A stretch of DNA of 248,000 nt from Wallemia ichthyophaga EXF-994. Taxonomy: Eukaryota; Fungi; Basidiomycota. The DNA is taken from the NCBI RefSeq assembly GCF_000400465.1, contig NW_008806285.1, forward strand, positions 20,001 to 268,000, in the 5' to 3' direction. The notes below the pieces were generated by a model. The model was given only the letters and a program-made list of their open reading frames with translations. It was not told the origin of the DNA and did not search any database. The translations under genes were made by a program, and so were the position numbers. Shown here piece after piece: positions 153,290 through 168,039 of this stretch (position 1 is the first letter of the stretch; every line of letters starts with the position of its first letter).

Positions 153290-154000
153290 TCGAGTCACCC
153301 CGCAAATGACCAAGTTATTGAGAAGATGAACGTAGAGATACCATATGCTGACAATTTGAACAAACTAGCAACACTTGCATTTTAACATCATTTTCAGCAT
153401 TCCGAATACATCCCCATATCAACCACCCGCTCAATATCAATCGAGTTGAATGTTATTGCTACCACCTATCTCATCTCCCATAGTGATTTACAAGTTTTGG
153501 TGATCTCCAAATAAAAAAGCTTGTCATATAGTTTTGAATGAGCCCTCTATGACATACCAGAATTGCTTCACCAAGCCTCCATTTGCACCCTGTAGGCTGT
153601 TCAGAAGTTGTGATCCGACATCGCTCTGTAGCACGGTCTAGGATAGAAATTTCGGATTTGACGCGCTTCATCAACAAAAAGTGACAATTCTAGCTGATTG
153701 AGACTGTAAGCACCCGAAATTCCAAGTATTCGGCCCTGTATACGTGAAAAACAGTTTAAGCTTAATGGCGTCTACAGGACTCAGAACTATGTCGAGAAAA
153801 AAGATATTGCTATTCCGCATCACTTCACTTTTGGAAGAGGAGATTTAGGTTAAGAAAAGGGGTGTATCAGCCCAGCTCTGAAATCGCGACTTTGGCTTCA
153901 GCTGGTGCATTTCGAGATTTCACTTAATGGGGGTGAAGGGGTGATTTAGACCGCATGTGAATCTTAGAATGCAGGATAATAGAAATTTCAAATTCAAAAC
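153290..154000 (-). repeat. Degenerate dispersed repeat, copy B
   Basis: Colinear with copy C, e.g. GATACCATAT(G/A)CTGACAATTTGAAC, CCAAATAAAAAAGCTTG, CTGGTGCATTTCGAGAT. Confidence 0.85.
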
Positions 154001-155008
154001 GCTTAGTTGTTACTCAATCACTACGCAAGGAGGCCATCATTGCCAGATTTGACATCGTCACGCTAATATGACGTACTTGAGGTGATCATGATCTATACGC
154101 AATTTGGTGTGAATAAATAGGAAATCCAGCTGAGTTACTTTATAATGTGGGGTTCTGTCGCTTGTTAACGGGGGCTCTTGGAAATTGTGTGAGATTTTCT
154201 TATGGGTGTGAGATGCTGAGCTGAACCCTCTCTGATGCTGCAAAGAAAAGGGGACATAGCATGCGAAGAGGTATAGCTTATGTGGCAATGTTGCAAACAG
154301 TCGACAAATTCATATATGGACTTGGCTTCGATGGAATGCTACATCACGTGAAGATTTGCAGAGCGCGGCGAGCGGCGAAGAAGTGGAAAAGTACAGCAGC
154401 ACAAGACGGTAACGAGAATCGATTCTCTACAGCAATTTTAGTTTCTGTTTAGAATTTTTATCTGCTTCCCCGATTTTAAGTTTTTTGGTGCGTGTCTCCT
154501 CACACACGCAATTATAAAAGACTGCGCAGATGCATCATGGTTCGTTATCCTCTCTGGCCTTTTGGCTTAGATCAAGTGTAGTATCTGTTCTTCCAAGTTC
154601 GAACAACTTGGATCGCATAACTTATGCGACAAACGTTCGATCTAATTTTTATCCGCGTCCAGTCGCCCTCACTGCTTGCATAGGATGGCTGGAAGATGGC
154701 CTTGCGTTGCACTACCGCATGTGCCGTCAGCGCTCTCTTGCTATCTCTATAATCTTCACATATTTTGCCATGTCTCTGTTGCTTTTAGCAGTGTTGACTT
154801 GATGAACTGTGTGGCGATGTAGAAGATTTGCCGCTATGTATTATACCCGATATACACGTTTTGTTTATTTCTTTAATGCTTACAGTGATCAAGCACACTT
154901 GCTTAAGTGGTCGGCGCTACTCGACTCTGGTGAAGCCACAGTCAACAGTACGTTCATACCGCTTCTTTTAACCGCCTCACACTCCCGCAGCAGACTGAAG
155001 CTCTGGCT

Positions 155009-156291
155009 TATGTCTCGCATTCTACAGATCCGTGGTTTAATCTCGCATTTGAAGACTGGTAAGAAGCCATCGGAGACGAAGGCTAGCACACTGACGGACA
155101 AGACAGGTTATTCAGAACATCCAGCAAACCTTCACATGTGCTCTATTTGTATAAAAACTCACCGTCTGTCATTATTGGGCGTAATCAGGTGCGTGTGAAG
155201 ACCGTGAAGACTGTTAGTTGCACTTTTTGACACAAACAGAATCAATGGAAAGAAATTGATCTCAAGACGTTGAATAGACTCAATATCCCATTCGTCAGAC
155301 GGCGAAGTGGCGGCGGTACAGTCTTCCATGTACGTAGGTCTTTGAAGGGTGATTTAGTGCTTACGCAAGTCGCAGGATTTGGGAAACACCAACTACAGTG
155401 TAATGATGCCTCAATCGGTATTCAATCGGAGAGATAACGCTCAGTTGGTGGCTAGTGCTCTCAATGAGCTCAGCGTACCAGCAGTCGTCAACGAGCGCAA
155501 TGATATCGTTGTAGACGGCTACAAGGTATCTGGATCTGCATTCAAATTGACCAGTTCGCGCGCTTACCATCATGGAACAATGTTGCTGGATTCCAACATC
155601 AAAACACTTTCACAAGCGCTCAAGAACACAAACGTGAGTCTCATTCAATGCTATAATGTACGTGCTAAATTAACTCAGCAATCAATGGTCACCAAAGGTG
155701 TATCATCTGTTAGATCGCCGGTGAAGAACATAATCGAATGGCAGCCACACATTACGCACGACACATTCGTCGCAGCGGTTATAAAAAAGTTCGAAGAGCA
155801 TCACAAGGTTGACAAGAAGATTATTGTAGGTAGACCGCCCTCCAAGTCACGACTATTGACAATGTTTTAGGTGTCGGACATTGACGAGAACATTTTGAAA
155901 GAAGATGGCGGTAACCAGATACAGAAGCTGAAAGATGAGCTTCAGGTGGGTTCAGTGTATGTAAGTTATGCAAAAGCGTTAACCTCTTGACAGGAGTGGG
156001 ATTGGCACTACGGACAGACACCGGAGTTCACCAACACGCTCTCAACGATAATTGAAGGAACTGAAATTGTCGGTACTGTTTTTTGAAAGCTTTTCATTCT
156101 AATAAGTCTCAAAGACAGCGGAAATTACGGCAAAGCAAGGCAAAATCATTAAGATGAATGTGAGCGGTTTCTCAGAGGACGTTGGAAAGCAATTCATCGG
156201 GAAGAAGTACGCATTTATACAAGTAGAGGATATAGCAGCTTCCAGTGAGATGGATAGAAGTGTTGTAGAATGGCTGATTGAATGCATGTAA
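155009..156291 (+). CDS. Lipoate-protein ligase A
   Basis: VIIGRNQ, RRRSGGGTVFH(D)LGN, KVSGSAFK, HHGTMLL. Confidence 0.92.
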
Positions 156292-156752
156292 AGAGGAGAA
156301 TAAATGTCAGAATCAGAGAAAGAAACAGATTAGAGATAACCATTTACTGCAAATCTCCAATTCTAATTATTATAGCCTTGCTAAAGCACTCACAACGACG
156401 TGGATAGGCGTCAGAGGTGAGGAATAATGAAGGCATGTAAAGAAACACACGCAGCTTTAAACAGAAACAAAGAAATACATCAAATGCATCAGATACTTAC
156501 AAAAGATGTTTCCTGCGTGTGAAGCTACCGATCAACCAAGACGACCACTAGACAAATGCACGGGAATTGCTATAGCACAAAAGCATAGCGAATATTGCAA
156601 ACTTTTATGCTTATTATCCGCAATATATTGTGCTGGTTTTCAAGGAAGAAAATAACATAAATCTTGCGCGTGATGAATTTTTAAAAAATGGCGTGCCCAG
156701 CTCAGAGCTCAGAGGAGAAGAGTTTTCTAGCGGACCGCCATTAGCCTCAAAA

Positions 156753-157250
156753 ATGAAATTCAGCAGAGATGTTTCTTCAAGTCGCAGGGTAAACCGCAAG
156801 GCTCACTTTGCCGCTCCATCTTCAGAGCGTCGCAAATTGATGGCTTCTTCTCTCAACAAGGAACTTCGTAAGGAGCACAACATCCGCTCATTGCCTATCC
156901 GTAGAGACGACGAGGTTCTCATCGTCAGAGGCTCTAACAAGGGTAAGGAAGGCAAGGTTGTCCAAGTTCAAAGAAACAAGTTCGCCATCTTCGTTGACAG
157001 AGTTCACCGCGAGAAGGCAAACGGTCAAACCTCTCCAACTCCAATTCACCCATCAAGCGTCGTCATTACCAACTTGAAGCTCGACAAGGGACGTATGGCT
157101 ACTATTGAGAGAAAGTCCGTTGCAAAGAAGGCTGCTCTTGAGGCTCGTAACCAAACCAAGGATGTTAACATGTCTAACGCCGTACGTTTCTTTCCTCCCC
157201 TTTGACTTTAAATTCTTACTCACTTTCCTCAGTAAATTTTATAAGTTACG
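156753..157250 (+). CDS. RPL26: 60S ribosomal protein L26 (uL24)
   Basis: [12 protein letters not shown]; PIRRDDEV; IHPSSV. Confidence 0.96.
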
Positions 157251-157765
157251 CTGCAAATTTACTTTGTCATGTATTGAAGGAACATGCACGAATACTAGGG
157301 CTTAATTTTTGGATTGGTTTTGGTGACTCGTTTTATGGGTTTTTAAGCCATTAGACGTATTCACCGTTGAGTAGATTTTATGGCTATCACGTCGATTGGG
157401 GTGGGGTGACTTAAGGGCATTTGATGAAAAGCGGAAGCTTAGCAGATACTGGAATCAGACAGGTTTTCTCTAGCTTAAGTGCATCAGCTACATAGGTCAG
157501 ACTGCATCGCCCGTCTCCCACTGACAACAGTAAATTCTTAAGCCATCTTGAGTGCCTTTGTGATTCGACTGTTGTTCTATGAACAATCTGAGATATTGGA
157601 AATGCAGTACTTTAAACGAAATATTAGCTTGTCAAATGTTTAGCACCCTTATCACCTCATTCAATGATTTAAATGGCAATGCATATCCCGGCTTAACACT
157701 TGCTGCCTTGTTGGATAGTCGCAATACCACTTTATCACTTGTTGAACCATATCAATCATCGAAAA

Positions 157766-158700
157766 ATGTCCGAAAACAACCAGAGAGAGGCTGTGGTACG
157801 TCTTAATGGAGTATCACTACCTATACATCTGACAAGCGTACAAGTTCCCAACCAGAATGGTACTAAACGTCATGAATCACGTTGTTGATTAGCTGACGAG
157901 AAACGCAGGCTTTAACCAATACCAAGAACAGACTAAAGGGAGCACAAACTGGTCACTCACTTCTCGCTAAAAAGAGAGACGCTCTCATGATTCGATTTAG
158001 AGCGATTCTCAAGAAAGTCGAAGAGGTTGGCATTATATTGTACACGAGCAGAGCTAGGTTGACAAAATCCAGGCTAAACTTAAGATGGGTAAAGTTATGC
158101 AAGTTGCAGCATTTTCATTAGCAGAAGTTAACTATGTCGCTGGAGATATATCTTATCAAGTACAAGAGAGTGCCAAGAGACCGCAATTGACAGTGAAAGC
158201 TAAGCAGGAGAATGTTTCTGGTGTAACATTACCAGGTTTTGAAATAGAGCGTGAACAATCAAACGAATTCTCACTTACTGGACTGGGAAGAGGTGGTCAG
158301 AAGATACAGAAGTGCAAAGAGACGTACGCTAAAGCTATTGAAACGCTTGTGGAATTGGCATCGCTGCAGGTATTTCATAAATACTCAAGCAGGTACTCTA
158401 TTGACATTAATTCAGACTGCTTTCATGATACTTGATGATGTTATCAGAGTCACAAATAGGCGTGTCAATGCGATAGAACACGTTGTACTTCCAAAACTTG
158501 AGAATACAATCAAATATATCAACTCAGAGCTTGATGAAATGGACAGAGAGGAATTCTTTAGGCTCAAGAAGATTCAATCCAAGAAGAAGAAGGGTGGAGA
158601 CTCAGAGCAAGATACCATCGACCAAGGAGAATACACGCAAGACCAGGCAGGCGGTGCAGACATATTAGATCAAGGAAAAGATGAGGATGTCATTTTCTAG
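157766..158700 (+). CDS. VMA8: V-ATPase subunit D
   Basis: GHSLLAKKRDAL; TNRRVNAIEHV; LDEMDREEFFRLKK. Confidence 0.96.
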
Positions 158701-158727
158701 TATTGTATCTTCTGTTTGATAGCACTC

Positions 158728-161139
158728 ATGGACATTTTCTTGAACATTTCCAGAATCTGTCCAAACGATACAGCAAAGGTTACAGAGGCTTCCAGGAATC
158801 TAGCCGATAGTCTTCGTACTTGTTGGTCTCAGCTATTCAGCCCGAGCTAGCTGACTGATATGACCCAGCTGAGCGGAGAGATCAGTTAAGCTGTGTGGAA
158901 GATATACTTGAAGCACTCAATCTACAATTCAAGCAGACGACTGCTATCGACGACGATATCTCCCAGCTCGAGAGACTGACACAGCTGTACAGGGTAACAG
159001 CTAACATCTGTCTCGATAGCAGTGAGTTGCTAGCGAAATGCGTCATATTTAGAATACTGATAGTGTTTTTGTTCCCAGACACCAACAGACAAAAGTTAAT
159101 CGATGCCGATGTTGATATCTCCGCTTTGGGGGTACTCAAATCACTCACACCCCAACAAATCTCGAGTCAGCCATACGCATTCATGCTTAGGGCTGCTTTT
159201 GGCACTCTAATAAATCTCAGCCAAGACTACTGTAAGGGCGTAATCGCTTTACATGTTCTCATCTGATAGGTACACAGCTCCTTCCCAAGAACGCCTTAAC
159301 AACCACGACACTCTGCCGATAGTGGTCAAATTTCTCAACAGACGCAATATTCAAGCGAATGACTCTGCTACAGCTGTTACCCATTCTTATATTTATGAGT
159401 GGGGATGGCGAATCGTTAACAATCTACTATCGACTGGTGAGTTTGGGATGCGCATTCAAACATAAGCTCATCTTTAAGAAGAAAATGCTAAAATTGAGCC
159501 TGGAAGCACTGAGGTAGATGCTCTATGTTCTTGGGTGGAAGCATTTTACAGCCAATCAATTGAAGAGTGAGTATCTAGTTGGGTGAGAGCTTTTTTGACA
159601 CTTAGCAGTGAATATGCTGGATTAGAAGATGAAGATGAGTTGCAAGCAGTATATGAGGAAGACTTATCTTCTTTGGAGAGTGCAACGCTGCTATTAGAAA
159701 CATTCGCGTTCGATTCTGAGGCCGCACGTCTTTTACTTGCTCAAGAAGAGAAACTTGATGTTCTGTTGTCTTTTGCAGAGACTCGTGAGCTTCCAAGAGC
159801 ATTAGCAGCTAGTGCAGATCAGAGCTCAGTGGAGGAGTGGTCTAAAATTTATGAGGAGTGCAAGGCTGCTGTTGGGAAATGTGTTGTCGGTATTGCTAGT
159901 TAGTTCGCATTTCTAGCTACTGCCTCTTTCGTCGTCTAACGCACATCGCAGGTGAAGATCAGCTGATGAGCTTCTTCTTTGACAACGGCAGAGCACCGTT
160001 TGTGCAAAGGATGCTGAGATGGTTGGAAAGCGATTTGCAGAGACTCAACATTAGTGGTAGTGAGTTTTTATCAAGTACTAAATGCTTTGCTGACAATAGT
160101 AGCTTTGGCTATTGGAAACTTGGCAAGATCTGGTAAGTGCGTGGACAAATTCAGTGTCCAAACTAACAGCCGACCAGAGGAGAATTCTATCATAGCTGTG
160201 AAACAATTCAAGATTATACCACGCCTCGTACAATTGCTCCGAGACGATGATGTGAAGGTATCTCATGCTTCCATGTGTCTACTGAAGAATCTATCGCTGC
160301 CTGCGTCTAACAAGGACGAAATTGGTGATAGTGGGGCAATGGAAGCAGCTCAAAAGTTTCTATCGCTCAGCTTTTCGCACGTACAGCCTCTTCAATTTGC
160401 GACCGTTGGCTTTTATAAGCACTTGTGTACGCAACAGTGTGAGTTATCGTTACTGAATGCGTATAGGCTGTCTAATGTGATTCAGTTTGTAACACACTCA
160501 CAATTGTGAATCACGAACCGTCTATACTCGACTCAGTGCTTGTTCTGATCAGCAAAAGTGATGACGCAGGTGTAAAGAGTGAAGGAACACGTATATTGGT
160601 GCATGGAATCAAATCTTGTTGGATTTCTGCAGGCGAAAAGGCTCAATATGCCAGATCAAAGTTCACGAGCCATCCTGTTGCAAAAGCTTTAGTGGAGTTG
160701 TTGTGCAATTACCGTAGATACCAGATCTGTAAGTGTCGTGTGTGTCTAGTTCACATCAGCTAACTCTCAATAGTGATCAACGAGGCCGTCATGGGTCTCA
160801 CTCTGCTTGCATCAGAACGTAAAGGTGCTGACTACATACTCGCAGAGACTTCCAAGCTAGCACCAGCTATCAAACAAGTATTGGAGGATGAGAAAGAGAT
160901 CAATAAGAAGGTCAAGCTCAACGTCTGTATTCTCTACTCTAATCTAGTCCTGAAACAGACTCAGGAAAATTCAAACGCTAAGCAGCGTGAGTGCGGTGAT
161001 ACATTTCTAAATAATATGACTCACTGTAATACAGTCAAAGGCCTTCTCGAACAAGACATAAAGAGTTTGTGTGACGATAGCGATAACGAGTTATCCAAGA
161101 CTGCTTCAACGGTATTGTCAGCTACGACTTGGAGCTGAT
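158728..161139 (+). CDS. Armadillo-repeat protein (SmgGDS-like)
   Basis: ARM-like repeats (ALAIGNLARS, CLLKNLSLP); many introns. Confidence 0.55.
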
Positions 161140-161207
161140 GTGGCTAAAATAATTAATTTACTTTAAGAGTATTATTGTTTATCTAAATGCATTTGCTGAC
161201 TGCCTTC

Positions 161208-161826
161208 ACAAATACAATCATGTTCTCACTGTTAAAAAGATCAGCAGGATTATCTAATAACATTAGAACATTCTCATCAACTAGATTCAATAAGGAAACA
161301 GCTGGTGCACTAACTTCTGTTCTATCAGATACTGATGCCTTGCAAATACAATCAATTGGAAAATCAGGCTTAACGTTTAGTGATGGCAAAGTATGCAAAG
161401 GACCTGTGATAGTCGTTGATAATAAGATATTTTTGTGGAAAGTGCCTACGCCTACCATGCCATTCAACTGGGGTGACGCTATACCCAAGGAAGCGTTCAA
161501 GATGTTTGAAACGTTGACACCTAGACCAGGTGGGTTTAGAGCTTGTAAAAAGACCATTCTAACTCAATCATTCAGAAATATTGCTTCTTGGTACTGGAAA
161601 GAGCATGCTCCCACCACCACCAGCTTACACCAAATATCTCAATAGTTTGGGTATACAGGTGGATATTATAGATACTGTGGGTTATATTTGGCACTAGAAT
161701 GTGATTTTGCTGACGTGCAACACAAGAAAAACGCTTGCTCTACATACAACGTTCTCGTGGAGGAGGATAGAAGTGTGGCAGCAGCATTGTTCCCGATAGA
161801 TGGCTATGAGTGGACGAAGAAATAGC
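161208..161826 (+). CDS. NDUFAF3/Mth938 domain protein
   Basis: PRPEILLLGTG; NACSTYNVLVEEDR. Confidence 0.88.
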
Positions 161827-161919
161827 TGGAAAGTATTAAAGCAATTACTAGCATCCCCTTAACAAATATTTAGTGACTACAATATGATCAGATAGTGTTT
161901 AGATGACGTCTACGCTATA

Positions 161920-163709
161920 TTAATTACTTGCATTGCGGTTAATTGAGTGCATCCAGGAAATTTCCATTGAAAGTCTTATCAGAAAGCCTCTCCATAACAG
162001 ACTCACGCGCTCTTTGTCTCACTTGTATTGCATCATGCTCACTTAGATTGAAAATATCGTTCATTCGCTCAGAGAACTCCTTCACTTCACGCGCATGATA
162101 ACCTTTTGGGTGTGAGAGATTATATCAGCGGTAGGAGAATTACCCACCAGTCTTTGATCCCTTGTAGTCTACGATAATGTCGAGCAATGGGCCGGCCGAG
162201 GCATGAGCAAGTGGTATCAGTCCAGCAGCCTGGAGAGGATTGTTAGTATATGCTCAGTATGAATTATTGCTATAGTTACCATATATTCTACTACATTTAT
162301 ACCGAAATGCTCGTCAACCATTGTATTGATACCGATGCTTGCAGTTGATAGACTATGCAGCAGCACTTTAAAGGAAGCATTCACGATGAATTCAGTGCTA
162401 GACTGTTTGGTATTAGAAAAGTAAAGCATCGCTGGTTGTGATAGTGGACCTACATCTACACCCAAAGACTTAGCTAGCGACTTTAGATGTTCTACTCTAT
162501 TCAAGTCATCCTGATTACGTGCACTTCCAAGTAAAATCAGTTTAGAGTCTTTGTGGTTTGTATGTGAGTCTCGCAATTCTTTGAATGCCTTTATTTGAGT
162601 ACTGTGAGCTTTCTCAGGCCTATATGTGGTTAGTGGTGGGACTTCCAATGTTTATACATGACGTACCTGAATTGCGCAACGCATAAAATACTTTTCCGCC
162701 TTCCCTCTAACGAAAAATCCCTCAAAGCGACCGTATCACAAGGCGGATAGACGACTTTGACCTCACGGTTGATTAGATTGCGAATGTGATTACCAGTCCA
162801 GCTTGAATTGGCCATATTGACATCACAAGTTTTAAGGCAGAATGAGTAAGCACTAATGAGAGCGTGATAGTATCTGCTTGTGTTAGTCTGAGCTGATGCA
162901 AAGTAGCGCATCTCACATAAGCTTCCCCCGACTTAAAATATTTGAGGAGGTGATAGTTGACGAGTTTGTGATATCATTATGGCGCTTTTCTACTCTGGAG
163001 ACCATGTCTGAGCTGGTGGAACTGGTCAATGCCATGCAGGAGACATACAAAGAACTCACGATATCGTTGGATAATGAGTATAGGCAACGATACGTGCCCT
163101 TGATTTAACTAGCCTAACAATTGGGTATGTGAAAGCGTAACCCATAGTATCTAATGCAAATTTTGAGCTTGAAATTAATGTGAAGGGGTATACCAACCTA
163201 TGAAGACAGAGAAATCATTTTTACGATATAGAGCCTCGATAATCAATATAGTACTGCCTATCGCTTGGCCCAGTAAGGTGAAATAAGGCCAGGACTTATC
163301 ATCTACGAGGAAACGACAGCGAAGTCTGACGAAATGAATCGTCTGTGGGTTTAAATCTATTGACATTTTGGTCTGATTGAATAATTGAATACAAGTTTTA
163401 TGCTCAACGGTGCCCAACTCACTTTGGCATTGTTTATAAGCGTTTGCTTCGAATCAGAGTCACCGGTGTAAACGAGTACATGAATGTTGGGAGTGAGTGA
163501 TTGTATACCTTGTATAGCAGTCCAAAGAACTCGCTCACCGCCACCGCCTGCGTTGCTGAGGTATGGGTTCAGCTATCGGATCCACCGCCAATGCACACGA
163601 CAAACCAATAAGGATGGAAGAATGCAATATTGCTGCCGATGTTTCGGCTTCTTTTAAAGATGAAAATTGAGAGAATAATTACTGAAATTGAAGCCGTTAT
163701 CAGCAGCAT
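161920..163709 (-). CDS. ALG11: Alpha-1,2-mannosyltransferase Alg11
   Basis: FFHPY..AGGGGERVLW; TLLGQAIGS; FRPEK; DEHFGINVVEYM. Confidence 0.93.
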
Positions 163710-163732
163710 AATGTTGATTGATTACTATCAAC

Positions 163733-165128
163733 ATGTCAAATCGCAGGGATGTTGGCAAAATAGCAGTTGATCGTTAGTGCGCTTATAATATCAAGTGAAA
163801 TATTTAATTTTAATCCAGTTATGGCTTTCGCTGCTGGACAAGTAAGCCTTCAATCCCAACGCCTTTAAATGGCTTACGTTTATAGGCTGTAATATTCTAT
163901 ACGCTTAGAGTGGGTGGCGTGCATCCGTATGATCAGTTTTCTGAACAATACCAGTACCTTCTTAACTCAAACGATCCACTCAAATCTAAGCGTCAAGGCA
164001 CCAAGAGTAAATCAACTCAGATTCTTGAAAGATTAGGCAGAAATAACGTTACTCTGAATGAATATGAAGGTGTGTATCGATTCACCTGTAAAGAATCATT
164101 CTCACCTCCCTCTAGAGGTCATCGCATGCGAGATCGTACTCCCAGAAGAGATCAGCACCACATTCGACGATATTGGTGGATTACAGCATATCGTTTCAAA
164201 CCTCAAAGAAAACGTCATCTACCCACTCAAATTACCTGGCTTATTCACCGGTGGCTCTAAGAATCTATTAAGTCCTCCAAGAGGCGTTCTTCTTTATGGT
164301 CCTCCTGGTTGCGGTAAGACTATGCTGGCAAAAGCTCTTGCTAGAGAGTCGAACGCTACCTTTATCAATATGCACGTTTCCACTCTGACTGATAAATGGT
164401 TCGGAGAATCTAACAAACTTGTCGCTGCTTTGTTCTCTCTCGCAAAGAAATGTCAACCTTCAATCATTTTCATCGATGAGATAGACAGTTTCCTCCGTGA
164501 ACGCGGTAAAGGCGATCATGAGGTTACAAACATGATGAAAGCTGAGTTCATGACGTGAGTTTGGTGTACCACTGCATAACTAATCTAATTCACCAACCTC
164601 AGCTTCTGGGATGGGCTTTCTAGTGAAGCAAATGATAGAATACTCGTTCTTGGCGCTACCAACCGCCCAAATGACATTGATCAAGCGATTCTCAGGCGTA
164701 TGCCTAAACGCTACCCTGTCAAAGTTCCAAATAATGATCAGAGAAAGAACATATTAAGTTTGGTGTGTTTGATTTTGACTTTGAAACTCACTCACATTCT
164801 TCAGATCCTCAAAGACTGCGCAATCAGCTCAAACTTTGACATCAATCAGCTAGTAGATATTACTACTGGACTGACAGGCTCAGATTTACATGAGCTATGC
164901 AGAAACGCAGCCATGATACCAATGAGAGAGTTGATGAGAAAGCATGATCCTAGCACACTAGAACAGGACATTGAAGTGGGTCTAAAAATTTTCTTTCTAG
165001 ACCATTAGCTAATCTTGACCAACAGAACATTAAACCAAGACAATTAAATATTGCAGATTTCACTACAGCATCAATGGAGAACGAAGACGACATGCCAGTG
165101 TACGATCCAAGTATAGACGGCAGGATAA
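163733..165128 (+). CDS. MSP1: Msp1/ATAD1 AAA+ ATPase
   Basis: [29 protein letters not shown]. Confidence 0.93.
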
Positions 165129-165261
165129 GACAGATTAGTGATTCTTTAGGAGGCTTAGATTAATACACAGATTAGACTAATTTATACACCCAGCACTCTT
165201 CAAACAAGAATTTTGTAGTAATATCTGCATGAATGTACACCCAAATAATAAAATATCCCGC

Positions 165262-165980
165262 TTAACGGTTGGACTTGGCAACACGCTCAAGTTCATCCTT
165301 CTTCTTGATGGCGTATGAGTTAGATGAACCCTTTGAAGCGTTGATGAGCTCGTCAGCAAGACATTCAGAGACACTCTTGACGTTACGGAAAGCAGATTCA
165401 CGGACACCGATGGTGAGCAAAGCAATAGCTTGGTTGACACGACGGAGTGGTGAAACATCAACAGCTTGGCGACGAACGGTACCTTGGGAACCAATTCTGG
165501 TTGAGTCTTCACGTGGACCAGTGTTGACAACAGCGTCAACGATGGTTTGTAATGGGTTTTGGTCGGTGAGCAAGTGAATGATCTCGCAAGCGTGTTGAAC
165601 AATACGGACGGCCAATTGCTTCTTACCGTTGTTACGGCCGTTCATCATCAAAGAGTTGACGAGACGCTCAACGATTGGCATTTGAGCCTTCTTGAATTGC
165701 TTGTTGGCGTAACGACCAGCCGTGTGTGGGAGGTAGACTGGGTGACGGACTTGAATGTAGTCGGTAAGTGAGATGTCCTTGACTTCGACGCTATTGCACG
165801 GTTAGATAAATTTGACTAAAGAGTAAAGACCGACTCTTGGGCGTCCCACTTGCCGAAGAGCTTGACACCGGCAAGACCACCTTCTGGTGGAGCAGTAGCA
165901 GTGATCTAAGCTTTGTAAGAAACGTCTTCTCCAGCTACTAAACCACTTACTTCACTTGGGAGAGTCTTGACTGGGGCCAT
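165262..165980 (-). CDS. RPS5: 40S ribosomal protein S5 (uS7)
   Basis: [11 protein letters not shown]; [12 protein letters not shown]; ERVAKSNR*. Confidence 0.98.
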
Positions 165981-166229
165981 TTCTACAATCTAGAGGGGCG
166001 CAAGGCATTCGTTAGAATAGTATGCGGACTCCCGTACAATAGACATACTCAGGTGTACGCTATGCTTTATTAGCAGATATTTTGGTGTAGCCGCAAAACT
166101 CACAGTCCTCGCTAGGAGCAAGAAGGGTTGATAAAATTTCAAGGTGAAAAAGGCCTGGAAAAATTTATAAAAGTACAAAATGAATCTTAAATGGCTCTTT
166201 AGATTTGTTGAAGCAGTCATCACCCTCGT

Positions 166230-166800
166230 CTTGCTGCTTCATATCGCAAAACTGTGCCTACCTAATCCAACACAAGGTGATTTAGATCCTAGTACGGTGG
166301 CCGATACTGGGGCTGGTATGGTGGATGAAAGGGCATTGGCGCCGGTATTGGAGTGAAAGAATTCCTGTCTGCTTGCCAACCTGGATTGCGTTAAAGATGC
166401 GTAGTAACGCAGGCTGAGAGACTCACTGCAGATGTTACAGAACCAAATATGATCTGATCCAAATGGGATTATCGGTAGGAAGCAGAATTCAAACCATCTC
166501 CTTGACTGCAAGATGATTAAGCGATATTTTCAATGAAGTCAGCACTCAGCGCACCTTGAATGGAACGAGTGCACCGTTGTTGCAGTGTGGGCATAGCAGA
166601 GGCTGTGTAGGTTGTTGTCCATCTGGCTTTAACTTTACAGGACAGCTAACTGAACAGCCAATGAGCTAGAGCTAGCGACGCAGTGAGATCAAACCCACAA
166701 CTGAAGCAGAGTGGAATAAAATCCATTGCTAAAGCCCCTCAAAGAATGTATAACTTCTCAAGCTAATGGAAGTTGAATTAAAGCCAAGATACATTCATCA
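166230..166800 (-). CDS. Small zinc-ribbon protein
   Basis: CPHC and WFEFCFLPIIP..WFCNIC motifs. Confidence 0.65.
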
Positions 166801-166855
166801 CGCTAGCATTTTACTGAATAATTTGTATAGAAATATACACAACCGTCTAATCAGT

Positions 166856-167471
166856 TTAAGCTGAAGTCAAACGACGTTGAGCAGCCACTTGACGCTTGTT
166901 ACCGTGGATCTTCTTTGGTTGGTTCACATCGACATCCTTGTTACGGGCAACTTGCTCGTCTGGAACAGCCAAGGTGATTTCAATGTGGCATGGGTTACCT
167001 TGGTAAGGGTTGATACGACCGTGAGCACGGTAAGTACGACGACGGGTTTTCTAAGCGTCTTGTAAGAATCTTCAAATTTTTTGCGCATAGCGCACAACTC
167101 ACTGGAGCAGCTTGAACGACAATGTGCTTAATCAAAAGTTCGTCAGTGTCAAGCGACTTAGCGTCAGCGTTGGCTTCAGCGTTCTTGAGTAATCTGAGAA
167201 CGTAGCCAATTGACTTGACTGGCCAACGACCTTGAGTGGTACCGTGGTTCTTAGCTTGAGCGGCTCTACCAACACCACCGTTGAAGCGACGGAATGGAAT
167301 GATATCCCTGTGCTCTTGGACATCACCGAGGTACTTGTAAGCCTTTGAAAGCTTCAAGCCGGTGAGAGCAGCAGCAACTTCACGGGTGTTCTTGAAGTGC
167401 GTACGCAAGTGCTGGCCACGAGCTTTGGCTGTCTTCTCTGGATTCTCAGCATTGTGTGCGTAGCGTACCAT
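166856..167471 (-). CDS. RPL17: 60S ribosomal protein L17 (uL22)
   Basis: HFKNTRE; [12 protein letters not shown]; GRWPVKS; RAHGRINP. Confidence 0.97.
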
Positions 167472-168039
167472 CTTGACTTCTTCGGTGTAGCTCGTCGAGA
167501 AAGGTGGCTTGAAGTTTTACCAGCTCAACTTAAAATGAAAATTATGAGAATAGAGCATCAAGAGGTTGTTTATCAGGCGTACTATTCATTATATAACCTG
167601 CTTTGTAAAATTCTAAAGCCTTTTTCTCTCATATTTCTGTTTGACTAGTCTTCCTGGTCAGCTATATGAATATTATTATTGTAGCTCATCAGCAGGGAAA
167701 TGCTGACTGGAATCTAATCAATTTGCTGCCCCATAACTTCCAGCCTAAACACTTCCGGTGAAGTATACGCAGCTTTGGTGCGGCTAATTGTATGAACGAG
167801 TTAGGATGATCGCATTGATATAAGTGTTTAGTACATTGTTTAGTGTTATAATGCATTGTAGCAACCATTTCTCTCGTTGCATCCCACAAGCGCTCAATAT
167901 GGAACTCGTCTCTACATATCTGATGGATTCAAGATGCGTTTATGCAATGACAGGGCGATTTGAATTGTTCTTTTAGTACTACTAGACGCTTGTAGTAGTG
168001 CTAACCATACGATAGAGTCAATTCTGCTCAAGGCACCCT